Shown here: positions 8,478 through 18,158 of the stretch, piece after piece | How the letters are laid out: each line of letters begins with the position of its first letter | Numbering within the stretch: position 1 is the first letter of the stretch | From: a virus | Taxonomy: Duplodnaviria > Caudoviricetes | DNA: 45,651 nucleotides | Direction: 5' to 3' (one strand) | IMG/VR virus record: IMGVR_UViG_3300020183_003709 | Coordinates: 1-45,651 of that record | The notes under the pieces: model-generated | Seen by the model: only the letters and a program-made list of their open reading frames with translations | Database searches by the model: none | Told to the model about the DNA's origin: nothing | Program-made: the position numbers and the translations under genes

Positions 8478-9047
8478 TTAAATAAGTGTTTTAGATTTTA
8501 TTGATGTAGGCCACGCATTTATAGAATACCTATTTCCTAATTCTATTACGTCAACAAAGTGGGATATATTAGAATCAAATAAAAAAATACTACCTCTTTT
8601 TTTTGGTAGAGTATTTTCAACTCCATCAATTAAATATTTAACATATCCACCTTCATAATTATCATTTAATTGAAGAATAATTGTAATTGTTGCCCCACCC
8701 ATTATTTCATGTTTATCCTCATGCCAATTTAAAAAATCACCATTAGAATATTTGTTAAAAGAATATTTTAGAACATTTTCATATTTTATAGATTTAAATG
8801 GTGTTGTGTTATTTGAAATATTAATTATTTTATTTGTTAAACTAATAATAAATTCATCCTCTAATGTTTCGTTAATAAAATAACAACCTTTTCTTTTATT
8901 ACCAACATACTCTAAATTTTGATTTATTATTTTTTCATTCAAAAATTTAGAAGACTTCATATCAATGAGATTTTTTGATTCACCTAATTTAATTAGATAA
9001 TCACATTCTTCTTTTGATAAAAATTCCTCTATAAATTTTGTAAACAT
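8478..9047 (-). CDS. 2OG-Fe(II) oxygenase (P4H-like)
   Basis: WHED, LNDNYEGG, HFV....GNRYS. Confidence 0.88.
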   Translation of the reverse strand: MFTKFIEEFLSKEECDYLIKLGESKNLIDMKSSKFLNEKIINQNLEYVGNKRKGCYFINETLEDEFIISLTNKIINISNNTTPFKSIKYENVLKYSFNKYSNGDFLNWHEDKHEIMGGATITIILQLNDNYEGGYVKYLIDGVENTLPKKRGSIFLFDSNISHFVDVIELGNRYSINAWPTSIKSKTLI

Positions 9048-9259
9048 TACATTTTATTTTTTAAACCATACTTAATCCAATTATACCAAACTCTTTCATG
9101 TAAAAAGTATATCAATGGTTTAATTACAAGTTCCCCTAAACCAACCATTCCTGCCCACTTCAATGGTAAACCCGCTGATACGGTTAATATAATTGTTGTT
9201 AATGTTCCAATAAATCTATAACTAATACTTTTAGCTATGTGTCTCTTTACCAGTGGCAT
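9047..9259 (-). CDS. DUF2061-like small membrane protein
   Basis: RHIAKSISYR, two hydrophobic stretches, YFLHERVW. Confidence 0.8.
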   Translation of the reverse strand: MPLVKRHIAKSISYRFIGTLTTIILTVSAGLPLKWAGMVGLGELVIKPLIYFLHERVWYNWIKYGLKNKM

Positions 9260-9596
9260 CTATTTCTCCTTTTCTAATTTTAGTCCCACTTATATCGGCG
9301 ATTTCTTGTGGGGGTTCGTGATAAATTACTTCATATCCAACACCTCTACCATAATTTACAGATTCGATATCGGGTATAATACTCAAGAATATTTTGTCAG
9401 AGTTATCTGTAAAAAATTTAGTGTTTGATAATTCCATTAAAATATCGTGTGCTTTCTTAGGGTTATTTTCGTCTTTAGGAACATCTCTGATTGCCACCCA
9501 AACGTTTTTTCCCTTATCTAATTGTTGGTTTATTAACCATTCATGTCCTTTGTGCCAATTTTGCCACCTTCCGATGTACAATGCATATTTTTTCAT
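9231..9596 (-). CDS. Minimal HIGH-family nucleotidyltransferase (possible ATP sulfurylase surrogate)
   Basis: GRWQNWHKGH (HxGH), YGRGVGY, ISGTKIR; adjacent to APS kinase. Confidence 0.75.
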   Translation of the reverse strand: MKKYALYIGRWQNWHKGHEWLINQQLDKGKNVWVAIRDVPKDENNPKKAHDILMELSNTKFFTDNSDKIFLSIIPDIESVNYGRGVGYEVIYHEPPQEIADISGTKIRKGEIDATGKETHS

Positions 9597-10030
9597 AAAT
9601 CAATAAATTTAATTAAATCGATGAATGACTCGTCATCTCTTTTGTTAGTGGTATCTAAATCAACATAATTTTCAGTCGGGGGTTCGTAATTATCAACGTG
9701 ATATTCTTCCCTTCCTCTTATGTCTTTTGTATGTACATAAATTTCAATTACGTTATTATCTTTTTTAAAACTATCTCTCATGTCTTTGTATGGTGAAACA
9801 AGTGATACCACAACTGAATATCCCTTTTCACTCATAAAACGAGCAATGTCTTGAGCTCTTTCTATATTCCTTCTTCTACCTGTTTCAGAATAATCTTTAT
9901 TGTTGAAGATTTTACGTAAATCATCTCCATCAATATGGATAACTCTCTCGGTATTACTCAAATAAGATTTTAAATGTTTTGCTATGGTCGTTTTCCCCGA
10001 TGCGGGTTGACCTGTAAACCAGTATATCAT
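9593..10030 (-). CDS. cysC: Adenylyl-sulfate (APS) kinase
   Basis: WFTGQPASGKTT, IDGDDLR, YSETGRRRNI, VSPY, YEPP. Confidence 0.92.
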   Translation of the reverse strand: MIYWFTGQPASGKTTIAKHLKSYLSNTERVIHIDGDDLRKIFNNKDYSETGRRRNIERAQDIARFMSEKGYSVVVSLVSPYKDMRDSFKKDNNVIEIYVHTKDIRGREEYHVDNYEPPTENYVDLDTTNKRDDESFIDLIKFIDL

Positions 10031-10037
10031 AGATAAT

Positions 10038-10066
10038 AATATACTAAATTACAATGATAAAGTCAA
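10038..10066 (-). promoter_or_regulatory. Putative sigma70-like promoter, near-leaderless, upstream of cysC
   Basis: TTGACT-N17-TATATT, 7 nt before ATG at 10030. Confidence 0.6.
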
Positions 10067-10647
10067 ATGGTCTTATATGTATTTCCTTCTGTGACAATGT
10101 CTGATTTAGAAATCTTGGGGTTGGGTGTTTTCCCGAAATTATTTTGTTCTGTATGGATAACTTTAAAATCTGAAGGTAGTGAAACTAACTCCCAATCAAT
10201 GCTCCGTTTAAATCCATTTTTTTTAAAATGGTTAATCAATTTTTTTGCACCATATGGCTTTATTAAATAACAATAACAGTTTGGAAACCATTCGGTTATA
10301 TTATTTAAAAAACATATATCAAAGTCTTTTTGAAACAACTCTTCCAAATTAAGAGTTAAATCATTAATTAATTCAATATCGTCTTCAAAAACACATATAT
10401 TTTTATTCTGATTGAAACACTCTTCCCAAATCATTATGTTTGAAAGTGCAACCGCTCTCACGCAGTTTGGGTCGACATTCCAAAGATGATAGTCAGATTC
10501 TATAAATAAATCTTCGGGTATATAATTTGTTTTACCGTCTAACGCATCAAAAAAACTAAAAGGATATTTTTCCCCAATTAAATTGGTGATATATTCTCTT
10601 CTGTCTTGTCTTCTTTTTAATGATAAAACTTTAACCTCGTAATTCAT
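10063..10647 (-). CDS. Glycosyltransferase family 25; start corrected to 10647
   Basis: LSLKRRQDRR, FFDALDG, VFEDD, CYLIKPYGAKKL, IDW. Confidence 0.85.
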   Translation of the reverse strand: MNYEVKVLSLKRRQDRREYITNLIGEKYPFSFFDALDGKTNYIPEDLFIESDYHLWNVDPNCVRAVALSNIMIWEECFNQNKNICVFEDDIELINDLTLNLEELFQKDFDICFLNNITEWFPNCYCYLIKPYGAKKLINHFKKNGFKRSIDWELVSLPSDFKVIHTEQNNFGKTPNPKISKSDIVTEGNTYKTI

Positions 10648-11308
10648 ATTGTAATTTCCAGCCTTTCTTAATTTGGTTATCAAAAAACTCGAACATATTA
10701 AATCTAAAGTTTTCGATATTTGATTCCCACAAAGATTCAGGACCCATTCCGTATTCCCAACCTTTTATACTTCCCCATATAGACTTATCATTTTCAGGGT
10801 GTGGAGGTAAGAATGTATTGATACCCCTTTTTTGTAGTTGATAGGAAAAATTCATATCCTCACCACACAACCAGTATTTTGAATCGGGTATCTCTGACCA
10901 ATAATATTTTAACCATTCCTTTTTGAAGAACCAATTGTGAACAACATAATCAACTTGCATAATTTTTTCATTTGGATTTACCCAACCGAATCTTTGATAA
11001 TTGTCTTGGTATCTTTCATTTGAATTAAACACATATCCACAAGTTCCATATAAACCTTCTTGCATTATAAACGAATTTAGACAATTTTCTAACCATTTTA
11101 TACCTGGTATTGTGTCGTTGTCTATAACACAAACAAACGGATTTTTAGAATGTAGTGCTAAAGAAAATCTACCCCACACTCCGGTGTTTTGTTTTGTATT
11201 ATCACAAATAAGAATTTCATCGACTGGTATTGTTTGTGATAAAATAGATTCATATTGCTCCTCAAATAAATTCTCCCTTTTGTGTTTAGTTAATATAACT
11301 GTTATCAT
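10631..11308 (-). CDS. GT-A fold glycosyltransferase (GT2-like)
   Basis: ITVILT, SILSQT, VIDND (DxD), GEDMNFS. Confidence 0.75.
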   Translation of the reverse strand: MITVILTKHKRENLFEEQYESILSQTIPVDEILICDNTKQNTGVWGRFSLALHSKNPFVCVIDNDTIPGIKWLENCLNSFIMQEGLYGTCGYVFNSNERYQDNYQRFGWVNPNEKIMQVDYVVHNWFFKKEWLKYYWSEIPDSKYWLCGEDMNFSYQLQKRGINTFLPPHPENDKSIWGSIKGWEYGMGPESLWESNIENFRFNMFEFFDNQIKKGWKLQYELRG

Positions 11309-12635
11309 TTGTTATTTCTTTTAGACGGTCTAAATTTATTTCACTTGTCTTCACAATATCTCTTTGGTCGGGATGAAACAAGTGTATTATATAACCTGTC
11401 ATTCTTTTAAATCGAAACCCATTATTAATTAATCTATGATGTCTTTCGTCATCCTCTCTTCCCCAACCAACAAATCCCTCATCATTCATACCTACATCAA
11501 TAAATTTTTTTCTATTAATAATAAAAATACCGCCGACACATTTCTTTCCCCAAGGTTCCCTTGTTTTAAAATCGGGTAAATCAAAACATTCAGTATACGG
11601 TAAACAATAATCAATTTCATCCATAAACATTTGTTTTAGGGATGTGTATATGTTATAGTAATCCAACAAAATAATGTCACAATCAATTACACAAACGTAT
11701 TTCTTTTTTGATAATTTAATACCATCGTTTATACATTGTGATTGATTATGTGGTAAATCCTTTTTTCTAAAAGTATACTCGAATCCGTCTGTTTCAATGG
11801 TTGATTCAGTACCCTGTTCGGAAATTATAAAATTCGTATCCTTGAAATGTTTTTTATAATAGTCAACTACTTTTAATAGATTTAATTTTCTTTCCTCACT
11901 ATCTTTTCTATATGGTATTATAATATCTAATTCGCTTAGAATTGGTTTTATTATATCATTGTCATAGGTGTAATTTGATGCAATAATATTGGTGGATATT
12001 TTTCTGAGGTCTTCGTTTATCTGTATTGGTGTGTTTGATAGTTTTGAAGCAATTACTATTGTGTATCCTTCTTGATCACCAAATCGGTCACTCTTTCTTA
12101 TGCCTTTATCAAACTCATGTTTTATATCAGTTAGTTCATGATAATAATCGAAGAATTTTTTACAATCTATATTATTTAAATTAAAATATATAATATCTTC
12201 CCAAACAGATTGTATTAAATTTAAATTTTCTAAATTATATTTTTTTATGGATTCTTTGTATACATCCAAATTTATATCACCTATAAATTCTTCTAAATTT
12301 TTTGATAGTCCGTTACGGGTATATGAAATACCATCTTCAAATTTGATATCTATCAATAGATTAAAAAAAACATCGTCGTTGATAATTAAATCAGCGTCGA
12401 TTAGTAATATTTCTTTATAACCTAAGTCGTGTAGTTTCTCTACAGCAAAAATTTTATGGTGATATGAAAATGTATTTTCTTCATAAGAAATTACATTGTG
12501 CCCGATAAATTGGTTTTTTTTCTCAGTATACACAAAGGTTTCATATCCGTTTTGTTTAAACTTAGATAACAGTTTTGAACCAAATTTCACATAAGTTTCA
12601 TCACCATATATGAACGTCAAAAAGGCGGGTTTCAT
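11286..12635 (-). CDS. Two-domain glycosyltransferase: N-terminal GT-A-like + C-terminal GT7/GT2-like
   Basis: N: KIFA..LLIDAD...GDQEG; C: IIIPYR, IDCD, GGIF, GWGREDDE, HLFH. Confidence 0.8.
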   Translation of the reverse strand: MKPAFLTFIYGDETYVKFGSKLLSKFKQNGYETFVYTEKKNQFIGHNVISYEENTFSYHHKIFAVEKLHDLGYKEILLIDADLIINDDVFFNLLIDIKFEDGISYTRNGLSKNLEEFIGDINLDVYKESIKKYNLENLNLIQSVWEDIIYFNLNNIDCKKFFDYYHELTDIKHEFDKGIRKSDRFGDQEGYTIVIASKLSNTPIQINEDLRKISTNIIASNYTYDNDIIKPILSELDIIIPYRKDSEERKLNLLKVVDYYKKHFKDTNFIISEQGTESTIETDGFEYTFRKKDLPHNQSQCINDGIKLSKKKYVCVIDCDIILLDYYNIYTSLKQMFMDEIDYCLPYTECFDLPDFKTREPWGKKCVGGIFIINRKKFIDVGMNDEGFVGWGREDDERHHRLINNGFRFKRMTGYIIHLFHPDQRDIVKTSEINLDRLKEITNDNSYIN

Positions 12636-12640
12636 TAAGA

Positions 12641-12760
12641 TTAGTGTTTATATATAAAAGGATCACGTTTTCTTAACTCCTCTAATTTTTTTTGAAATTC
12701 TTTTTTCTTTTTTCTCTCCTTGAGTTTATTTTTAACCCAATTAATTAATTTAGTTATCAT
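12641..12760 (-). CDS. 39-aa basic peptide ending DPFIYKH (below ORF-track cutoff)
   Basis: MITKLINWVKNKLKERKKKKEFQKKLEELRKRDPFIYKH; begins 3 nt after the carbamoyltransferase stop. Confidence 0.75.
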   Translation of the reverse strand: MITKLINWVKNKLKERKKKKEFQKKLEELRKRDPFIYKH

Positions 12761-12763
12761 AAT

Positions 12764-14392
12764 TTATTTTTTAAAAACTATAAAATTTCCTAATACCAAA
12801 ACATCCATTTCAGTATCTAAGAAAGTTATTATTGCATCTTCAGGTGTTAATACCATTGTTTTATCTTTAATATTAAAAGATGTGTTTAGTAATATGGGAT
12901 ATCCCGTTTTCTCTTGAAACTTCTTTAATAATCTATAAATAGGATTCATTGGTATCACTGATTGAATTCTAGCCGTACCATCAACGTGTGTCACCGCGGG
13001 TAGTTTATCCCTGTATTTCTCTTTAACCATAACTACCTGATTCATATAAGGAACATATTCCTTTGACTCGAAATATTCACTTTGGTTCTCAAATGAAACC
13101 ATAGGTGCAAATGGTCTGAATCCTTCCCTTTTTTTGATAACACGATTTATTTGGTTTTTCATTTCAGGATGAGTTGGGTCAGCAAGTATTGATCTGTTAC
13201 CTAATGCTCTTGCACCGAATTCAATCCTATCTTGAAACCATCCGATAACCTTACCTTGGGAAATATGATTCGCAACTCTTGTTAATAATTGTTGATGTTC
13301 TAAATGTTCATATTGGACCAAAAGTTTGTATTCATTTAACACTTTAGATATTTCTTTTGTAGTATAACTAGGTCCCAAAAAGGGGGTTGTTGATAGTTTT
13401 ATTTTAATATTTTTTATTTTTCTTAAATAGTATAAACAACTGCCTATCGCGTTTCCTGCGTCAGATGGTGCCGGTGGTATCCACAATTTTTTAAACATAC
13501 CCTTGTTAACTATTTTACCGTTGGCGGTTCCATTATATGCACATCCACCGCCCAAACAAAGGTTATCTGAGTTATATAATTCTTTAGAATTTTCTAATAA
13601 TTTAAAAAAAACTTCTTCATATTTTTCTTGTATAGAAGCCGCTAAATTTTTGTGTGATGGCTCAATCGCATCTTTTACGTCTCTCGGTCCTAAACCTATA
13701 ACATCTTCTAATTTATGATTAAACATTGTAATATCAGATACATCCCATGAAAAATAATCCATGTTACATATGATTTGACCATTTTCAAATTTAATCAACT
13801 TAGATACCTCGTCTCTATATTGTGACGGATCACCATACGAAGCTAAACCCATAACTTTGTACTCACCTTCATTCGGTTTGAATCCTAAGTATGCAGTCAT
13901 TGCGGAATAGAATAATCCCAAAGAATGTGGATACTCTATTGTCTTAATTTGTTCAACTAACCCATCTTTACCAATTCCAATGGACACGGTAGAAGTTTCT
14001 CCTACCCCGTCTATCGACACAACTAAAGACTCCTTAAAGTTAGATGAACCATATGAATACATCATATGAGACATGTGATGAGGAGTGTAAAATATTTTTT
14101 TACTTATTTTACCTAAATTGTATCTAACCTTTATATTATTGACGAGTGATTTTAAAAAAGATTTTTTTCTTTTGAATCTCAATAGTGGATTTTCATAATA
14201 ACAAACACACTCAATGTCTTCTTTACTTAAATTATAGTTTTGAAAAACATATTTTAAAGATTCTTTGGGGAAAGACGAGTCGTGTTTAATACCTGTGAAT
14301 TTTTCCTCTTCACAAGCAAAAATTAAGTTACCGTCTTGAAATAAACAAACGGACGAATCGTGATAATATGCGGAAACCCCAATAGTATACAT
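12764..14392 (-). CDS. Carbamoyltransferase, NodU/CmcH family
   Basis: YHDSS, EEEKFTGIKH, HHMSH, DGVGE, EYKVMGLASYG, EFGARALGNRSILADP, KKREGFRPFAP, HVDGTARIQ, LLNTSFN. Confidence 0.96.
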   Translation of the reverse strand: MYTIGVSAYYHDSSVCLFQDGNLIFACEEEKFTGIKHDSSFPKESLKYVFQNYNLSKEDIECVCYYENPLLRFKRKKSFLKSLVNNIKVRYNLGKISKKIFYTPHHMSHMMYSYGSSNFKESLVVSIDGVGETSTVSIGIGKDGLVEQIKTIEYPHSLGLFYSAMTAYLGFKPNEGEYKVMGLASYGDPSQYRDEVSKLIKFENGQIICNMDYFSWDVSDITMFNHKLEDVIGLGPRDVKDAIEPSHKNLAASIQEKYEEVFFKLLENSKELYNSDNLCLGGGCAYNGTANGKIVNKGMFKKLWIPPAPSDAGNAIGSCLYYLRKIKNIKIKLSTTPFLGPSYTTKEISKVLNEYKLLVQYEHLEHQQLLTRVANHISQGKVIGWFQDRIEFGARALGNRSILADPTHPEMKNQINRVIKKREGFRPFAPMVSFENQSEYFESKEYVPYMNQVVMVKEKYRDKLPAVTHVDGTARIQSVIPMNPIYRLLKKFQEKTGYPILLNTSFNIKDKTMVLTPEDAIITFLDTEMDVLVLGNFIVFKK

Positions 14393-14403
14393 AATAATAA
14401 TTA

Positions 14404-15450
14404 TTAGTTTTTATAAACACCATTTTTTATTTTATTAATATTCTCCATTTGTGTTTGTAAATAATCCATATAATTTTCTGTTGATTCTAAACAATTACCG
14501 ACCTCATTAAATTTTCTATCTATTTTAATAACCTCATTTACCGCTCCGAAATCTTGTATTAGTTTTTGTTTAATTAAAAACATCAATTCTTTTATGGTTT
14601 TATATCCATTTAGATGAAAAAAACCATTGAAATTATAAGAAATATTTTTAAATATGTCATCCCTATTCTTAATATTTAAAATTTGTCTGTTCGATTCAAT
14701 TATAAATGGATACATTTGTTTCTTTTCCTCGTAATGAATTAAAGTGGGGTTTTTATCAAAAAAGAATGTAAACAATTCACTATCTGTTTTTCTTGCTGAT
14801 AGCTTACTGTTAACCATATACCTTACTGCTGATGGAATAAATAGTTGTTCTATGATACAAGAATAATAATAGTCAGAATCGAAGAATTCCTTGTTTTTAT
14901 TATATATTTCTAAACAATATTGAGACGCTCTTTTAATTAAGGAAAAATTATAACCACCAAATACACACATATTCATTACATCTTTGAATTTAACAAACTC
15001 TAAAAATTCTTCGGGCACGTCGTTTTGTATCTTGAACGCTCCTTGTAGGTATGTTGTGAAAAAATTTGTTGTGTTTTTTGTATATCCAATATATTCACCA
15101 GAACCCTCTGGGTAACAACCCCAAATAGTGTTCCTATCTAATTCAGGAAGTTTATTGAATAAAAAGGTATCTAAATCTATATGTATAAAAGGTTCTTCTT
15201 GTAATGAATATACCATTAATTTGGGTATTGAGAAGGTGTCGACATTTACGTCCTTCAATACCTCAACATTAATATTTGTGTATGGTATTCCTATTTCTCT
15301 TACAATATCATGTATTTCTTGATTACAATAAAGTTCTACTCTTTCATAATGTTTTTTAGCCAATAAAACAGATAATAACATAGAATAGGCGGTGTACTCA
15401 TTAAATCCGGTACCATTCTTAGTTTTGATATATGTGTGAACAATTTTCAT
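14404..15450 (-). CDS. DUF6734-like protein (probable GT-A glycosyltransferase)
   Basis: SIPKLMVYSLQEEPFIHIDLD, NMCVFGG, IIEQ. Confidence 0.6.
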   Translation of the reverse strand: MKIVHTYIKTKNGTGFNEYTAYSMLLSVLLAKKHYERVELYCNQEIHDIVREIGIPYTNINVEVLKDVNVDTFSIPKLMVYSLQEEPFIHIDLDTFLFNKLPELDRNTIWGCYPEGSGEYIGYTKNTTNFFTTYLQGAFKIQNDVPEEFLEFVKFKDVMNMCVFGGYNFSLIKRASQYCLEIYNKNKEFFDSDYYYSCIIEQLFIPSAVRYMVNSKLSARKTDSELFTFFFDKNPTLIHYEEKKQMYPFIIESNRQILNIKNRDDIFKNISYNFNGFFHLNGYKTIKELMFLIKQKLIQDFGAVNEVIKIDRKFNEVGNCLESTENYMDYLQTQMENINKIKNGVYKN

Positions 15451-15460
15451 TTAACTAAAT

Positions 15461-15994
15461 TTAAGTGGTACTATACAATTGTGGATATTCCGCAATTAGA
15501 TGTATACCTCCATTATTTATTGCATTCTCATACGTGGCTCTAATATCTTTCACTTCCAATAATTCATGTATCTGTATGTTGGGACACATAGTTTTAAATT
15601 GATTGATGTAATTACCCTTATGTTGATGTCCGGGGTCTAATGGTACGTCTGATCCTTTACCTACCCTTATAATCATATTTGGTAACCACTTATTATTACT
15701 CATCAGTTTTATTTTATCAACATGATTTACAAGTTGATTCGTTGCACAAATTAGGAAATCCCATCTTGGGTAGAAGGTTACCACATGATATCCATTCATA
15801 GACATACCCAAAGACATACCCATTTGTGTGTCTTCCATAACCGGTACTTCTATTAATTTTTCTTTAGGTACACCATCAAGTGTAGAACTCATAGGATTAC
15901 CAGGAAACAGGATTTGCTGACCAATAAAAATTGTTTTATCAATTTGACCAATCTTAGTCATCATTTGTGTTAATTCTTCTTTATAACTTGTCAT
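15461..15994 (-). CDS. ThDP-dependent E1-beta/transketolase pyrimidine-binding subunit (short)
   Basis: FIGQ, EVPVMEDTQMGMSLGMS, DFL..ATNQLVN, GHQH. Confidence 0.8.
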   Translation of the reverse strand: MTSYKEELTQMMTKIGQIDKTIFIGQQILFPGNPMSSTLDGVPKEKLIEVPVMEDTQMGMSLGMSMNGYHVVTFYPRWDFLICATNQLVNHVDKIKLMSNNKWLPNMIIRVGKGSDVPLDPGHQHKGNYINQFKTMCPNIQIHELLEVKDIRATYENAINNGGIHLIAEYPQLYSTT

Positions 15995-17184
15995 ATTAAA
16001 CTTTTAAAAAAATTATAATCTTTTTTATCGTTTACGATATTTTTTATTCTTTTCATATTCGATTCAAATCTTTTCTTATTTTCTGAGAAATATTTTTTAA
16101 AGTCAATTTGTTTAAGTTTTTTGACTTGCTCAAAATATAAAAATAACCTTTCTCTATTGTCTTTTTCTTTATCAAATGAATAATCGATAATATCCTCAAA
16201 CATATCTAATTGATATTTTTCTTTGAATCTTTCATTATGACCACAACTACCTAATATTAATCCTATTTGAGAATAATAAAATGGAATTAAAGATTTTTCT
16301 GTTATATGAATTACTTTCTCACTATGATAACTTGTTTCGGTAACTAAATTTACATACGAATGTTTATATGGATTCATTTCATAAGATTTATAAAAATCAA
16401 TAAAATACGGAGGCTCGTCTATTTTGTAATCGGTTTCATTTATACTATTTTTAATACCATAATTTACCAAATAATCAATATGTTCTTTATATTTTTTTAT
16501 ATCATCTTTATCTAATACATCTAAGAATAAGATATAAGAATATGAACCATCTAAATTGATGTATCTTTCTTTTATTTCATTACCTCTAAGTAGTGACCAA
16601 TCAATTTCATCTAAAATACCTTCATTCCTTAATAATACCAATAAAGCAAGTCTGTGACATTTATTCATTCTATTAAAACACATAAAAGTATTTTTTCTAT
16701 TTTCTTCAAAATTATACTTAAATGTGTTCATACCTTCCACCGCAACCAATGGTAATCTATTTGATGTGTGTACCTTTATTTTACTATTTGATTCTGACAC
16801 CAACCCATCAATAATTTCATTTCCATTTATTAAAATAATTTGTTCGGTATTTAAATTTTCATTTTTTGATTGCTCTTCTAAACAAATTATCACTCTATCA
16901 TTATCAGATTCATGTTCAGACAAAAAAACCGAAAAAACATTTTTATGTTTTCTCATAAGGTTTTTTGTCTTATGTGGTATTGGTAACGATTTATAATTTA
17001 AAAAATAAGGTTCAATATAAAAACCGGTTACAAGAATTGAATAATATTTTTCAGACTCATTTATTACAATATCATTGATATCAATAAACTCGATTTCCTC
17101 AATCTTGTAACCATACATCGTATTTACAATTAAGTCTTTATTACCCTCAACAGAACTATCGTATAAAACATTAAATTTTCTCAT
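15991..17184 (-). CDS. Putative GT-B glycosyltransferase of the [TS]EK[TS] family (paralog 1)
   Basis: FMCFNR...HR, YVNLVTET, HITEKSLIPF, IDYSFD. Confidence 0.55.
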   Translation of the reverse strand: MRKFNVLYDSSVEGNKDLIVNTMYGYKIEEIEFIDINDIVINESEKYYSILVTGFYIEPYFLNYKSLPIPHKTKNLMRKHKNVFSVFLSEHESDNDRVIICLEEQSKNENLNTEQIILINGNEIIDGLVSESNSKIKVHTSNRLPLVAVEGMNTFKYNFEENRKNTFMCFNRMNKCHRLALLVLLRNEGILDEIDWSLLRGNEIKERYINLDGSYSYILFLDVLDKDDIKKYKEHIDYLVNYGIKNSINETDYKIDEPPYFIDFYKSYEMNPYKHSYVNLVTETSYHSEKVIHITEKSLIPFYYSQIGLILGSCGHNERFKEKYQLDMFEDIIDYSFDKEKDNRERLFLYFEQVKKLKQIDFKKYFSENKKRFESNMKRIKNIVNDKKDYNFFKSLI

Positions 17185-18157
17185 TTATTTCTTTGTTTAT
17201 CCATTGATATGTTTTTATTAATCCCTCATTTAATGGTTTGTTTGGTTTCCAATTTAAAACCTTTTCAATTAATCTATTATCACTATTCCTACCTCTAACA
17301 CCTTGTGGTCCATTTACATTCTTAATTGAGATGTCTTTACCACTTATATTGATAATTAATTTTGTCATGTCGTTTATGGAAATCATTTCTTCGCTACCAA
17401 TGTTAATTGGTTTATCATAATCTGACTCCATTAGTTTTAAAACGCCGTCCAAACATTCATCAATATATAGAAATGACCGAGTTTGTTTACCGTCCCCCCA
17501 TATTTCTATGATACCACCATTTTCACATTTGGATACTTTTCTACAAATTGCCGCAGGTGCCTTTTCTTTTCCACCATCATATGTTCCATTTGGTCCAAAT
17601 ACATTATGAAATCTTCCTATCCTAACATCCACACCATAGTTTCTTTTAAAAGTTGTATATAATCTTTCACTAAATAATTTTTCCCAACCATATTCACTAT
17701 CTGGATTCGCGGGGTACGCTGACGATTCTTCGCAAACAGGTGCATCAGGATTCAATTGATTATGTTCATTGTATACACAAGCAGAGGAAGAAAAGAAAAA
17801 TTTTTTTACTTTTAGCTTAGCACCTATATTCAAAACATTCAGATTTATCAACATAGAGTTATGAACAACTTCTGCATCATTTTCTCCTGTGTTGATATAC
17901 CCAGCACCACCCATATCAGCAGCCATTTGATAGACCTCGTCAAATGAATCGTTATCATCCGGTGAGAACAATACTCTTTTAACAAAATTTGGTTCACGTA
18001 AATCACCCAAGAAAAACTCATTACATAATTCTTTTTCTTGGAAATATTCGTGTCTTTTTATGTCAACCGAACGCACATAGTGACCTTCATCTTTTAATCG
18101 TTTTGAAAGATGTCCACCAATAAATCCTCCACCACCTAAGACAACTATTTTTTTCAT
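17171..18157 (-). CDS. NAD-dependent epimerase, GDP-mannose 3,5-epimerase-like; start corrected to 18157
   Basis: GGGGFIG, AADMGGAG, SSACVY, YGWEK, KEKAPAAICRK, GVRGRNSDN. Confidence 0.88.
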   Translation of the reverse strand: MKKIVVLGGGGFIGGHLSKRLKDEGHYVRSVDIKRHEYFQEKELCNEFFLGDLREPNFVKRVLFSPDDNDSFDEVYQMAADMGGAGYINTGENDAEVVHNSMLINLNVLNIGAKLKVKKFFFSSSACVYNEHNQLNPDAPVCEESSAYPANPDSEYGWEKLFSERLYTTFKRNYGVDVRIGRFHNVFGPNGTYDGGKEKAPAAICRKVSKCENGGIIEIWGDGKQTRSFLYIDECLDGVLKLMESDYDKPINIGSEEMISINDMTKLIINISGKDISIKNVNGPQGVRGRNSDNRLIEKVLNWKPNKPLNEGLIKTYQWINKEINEKI

Positions 18158-18158
18158 T

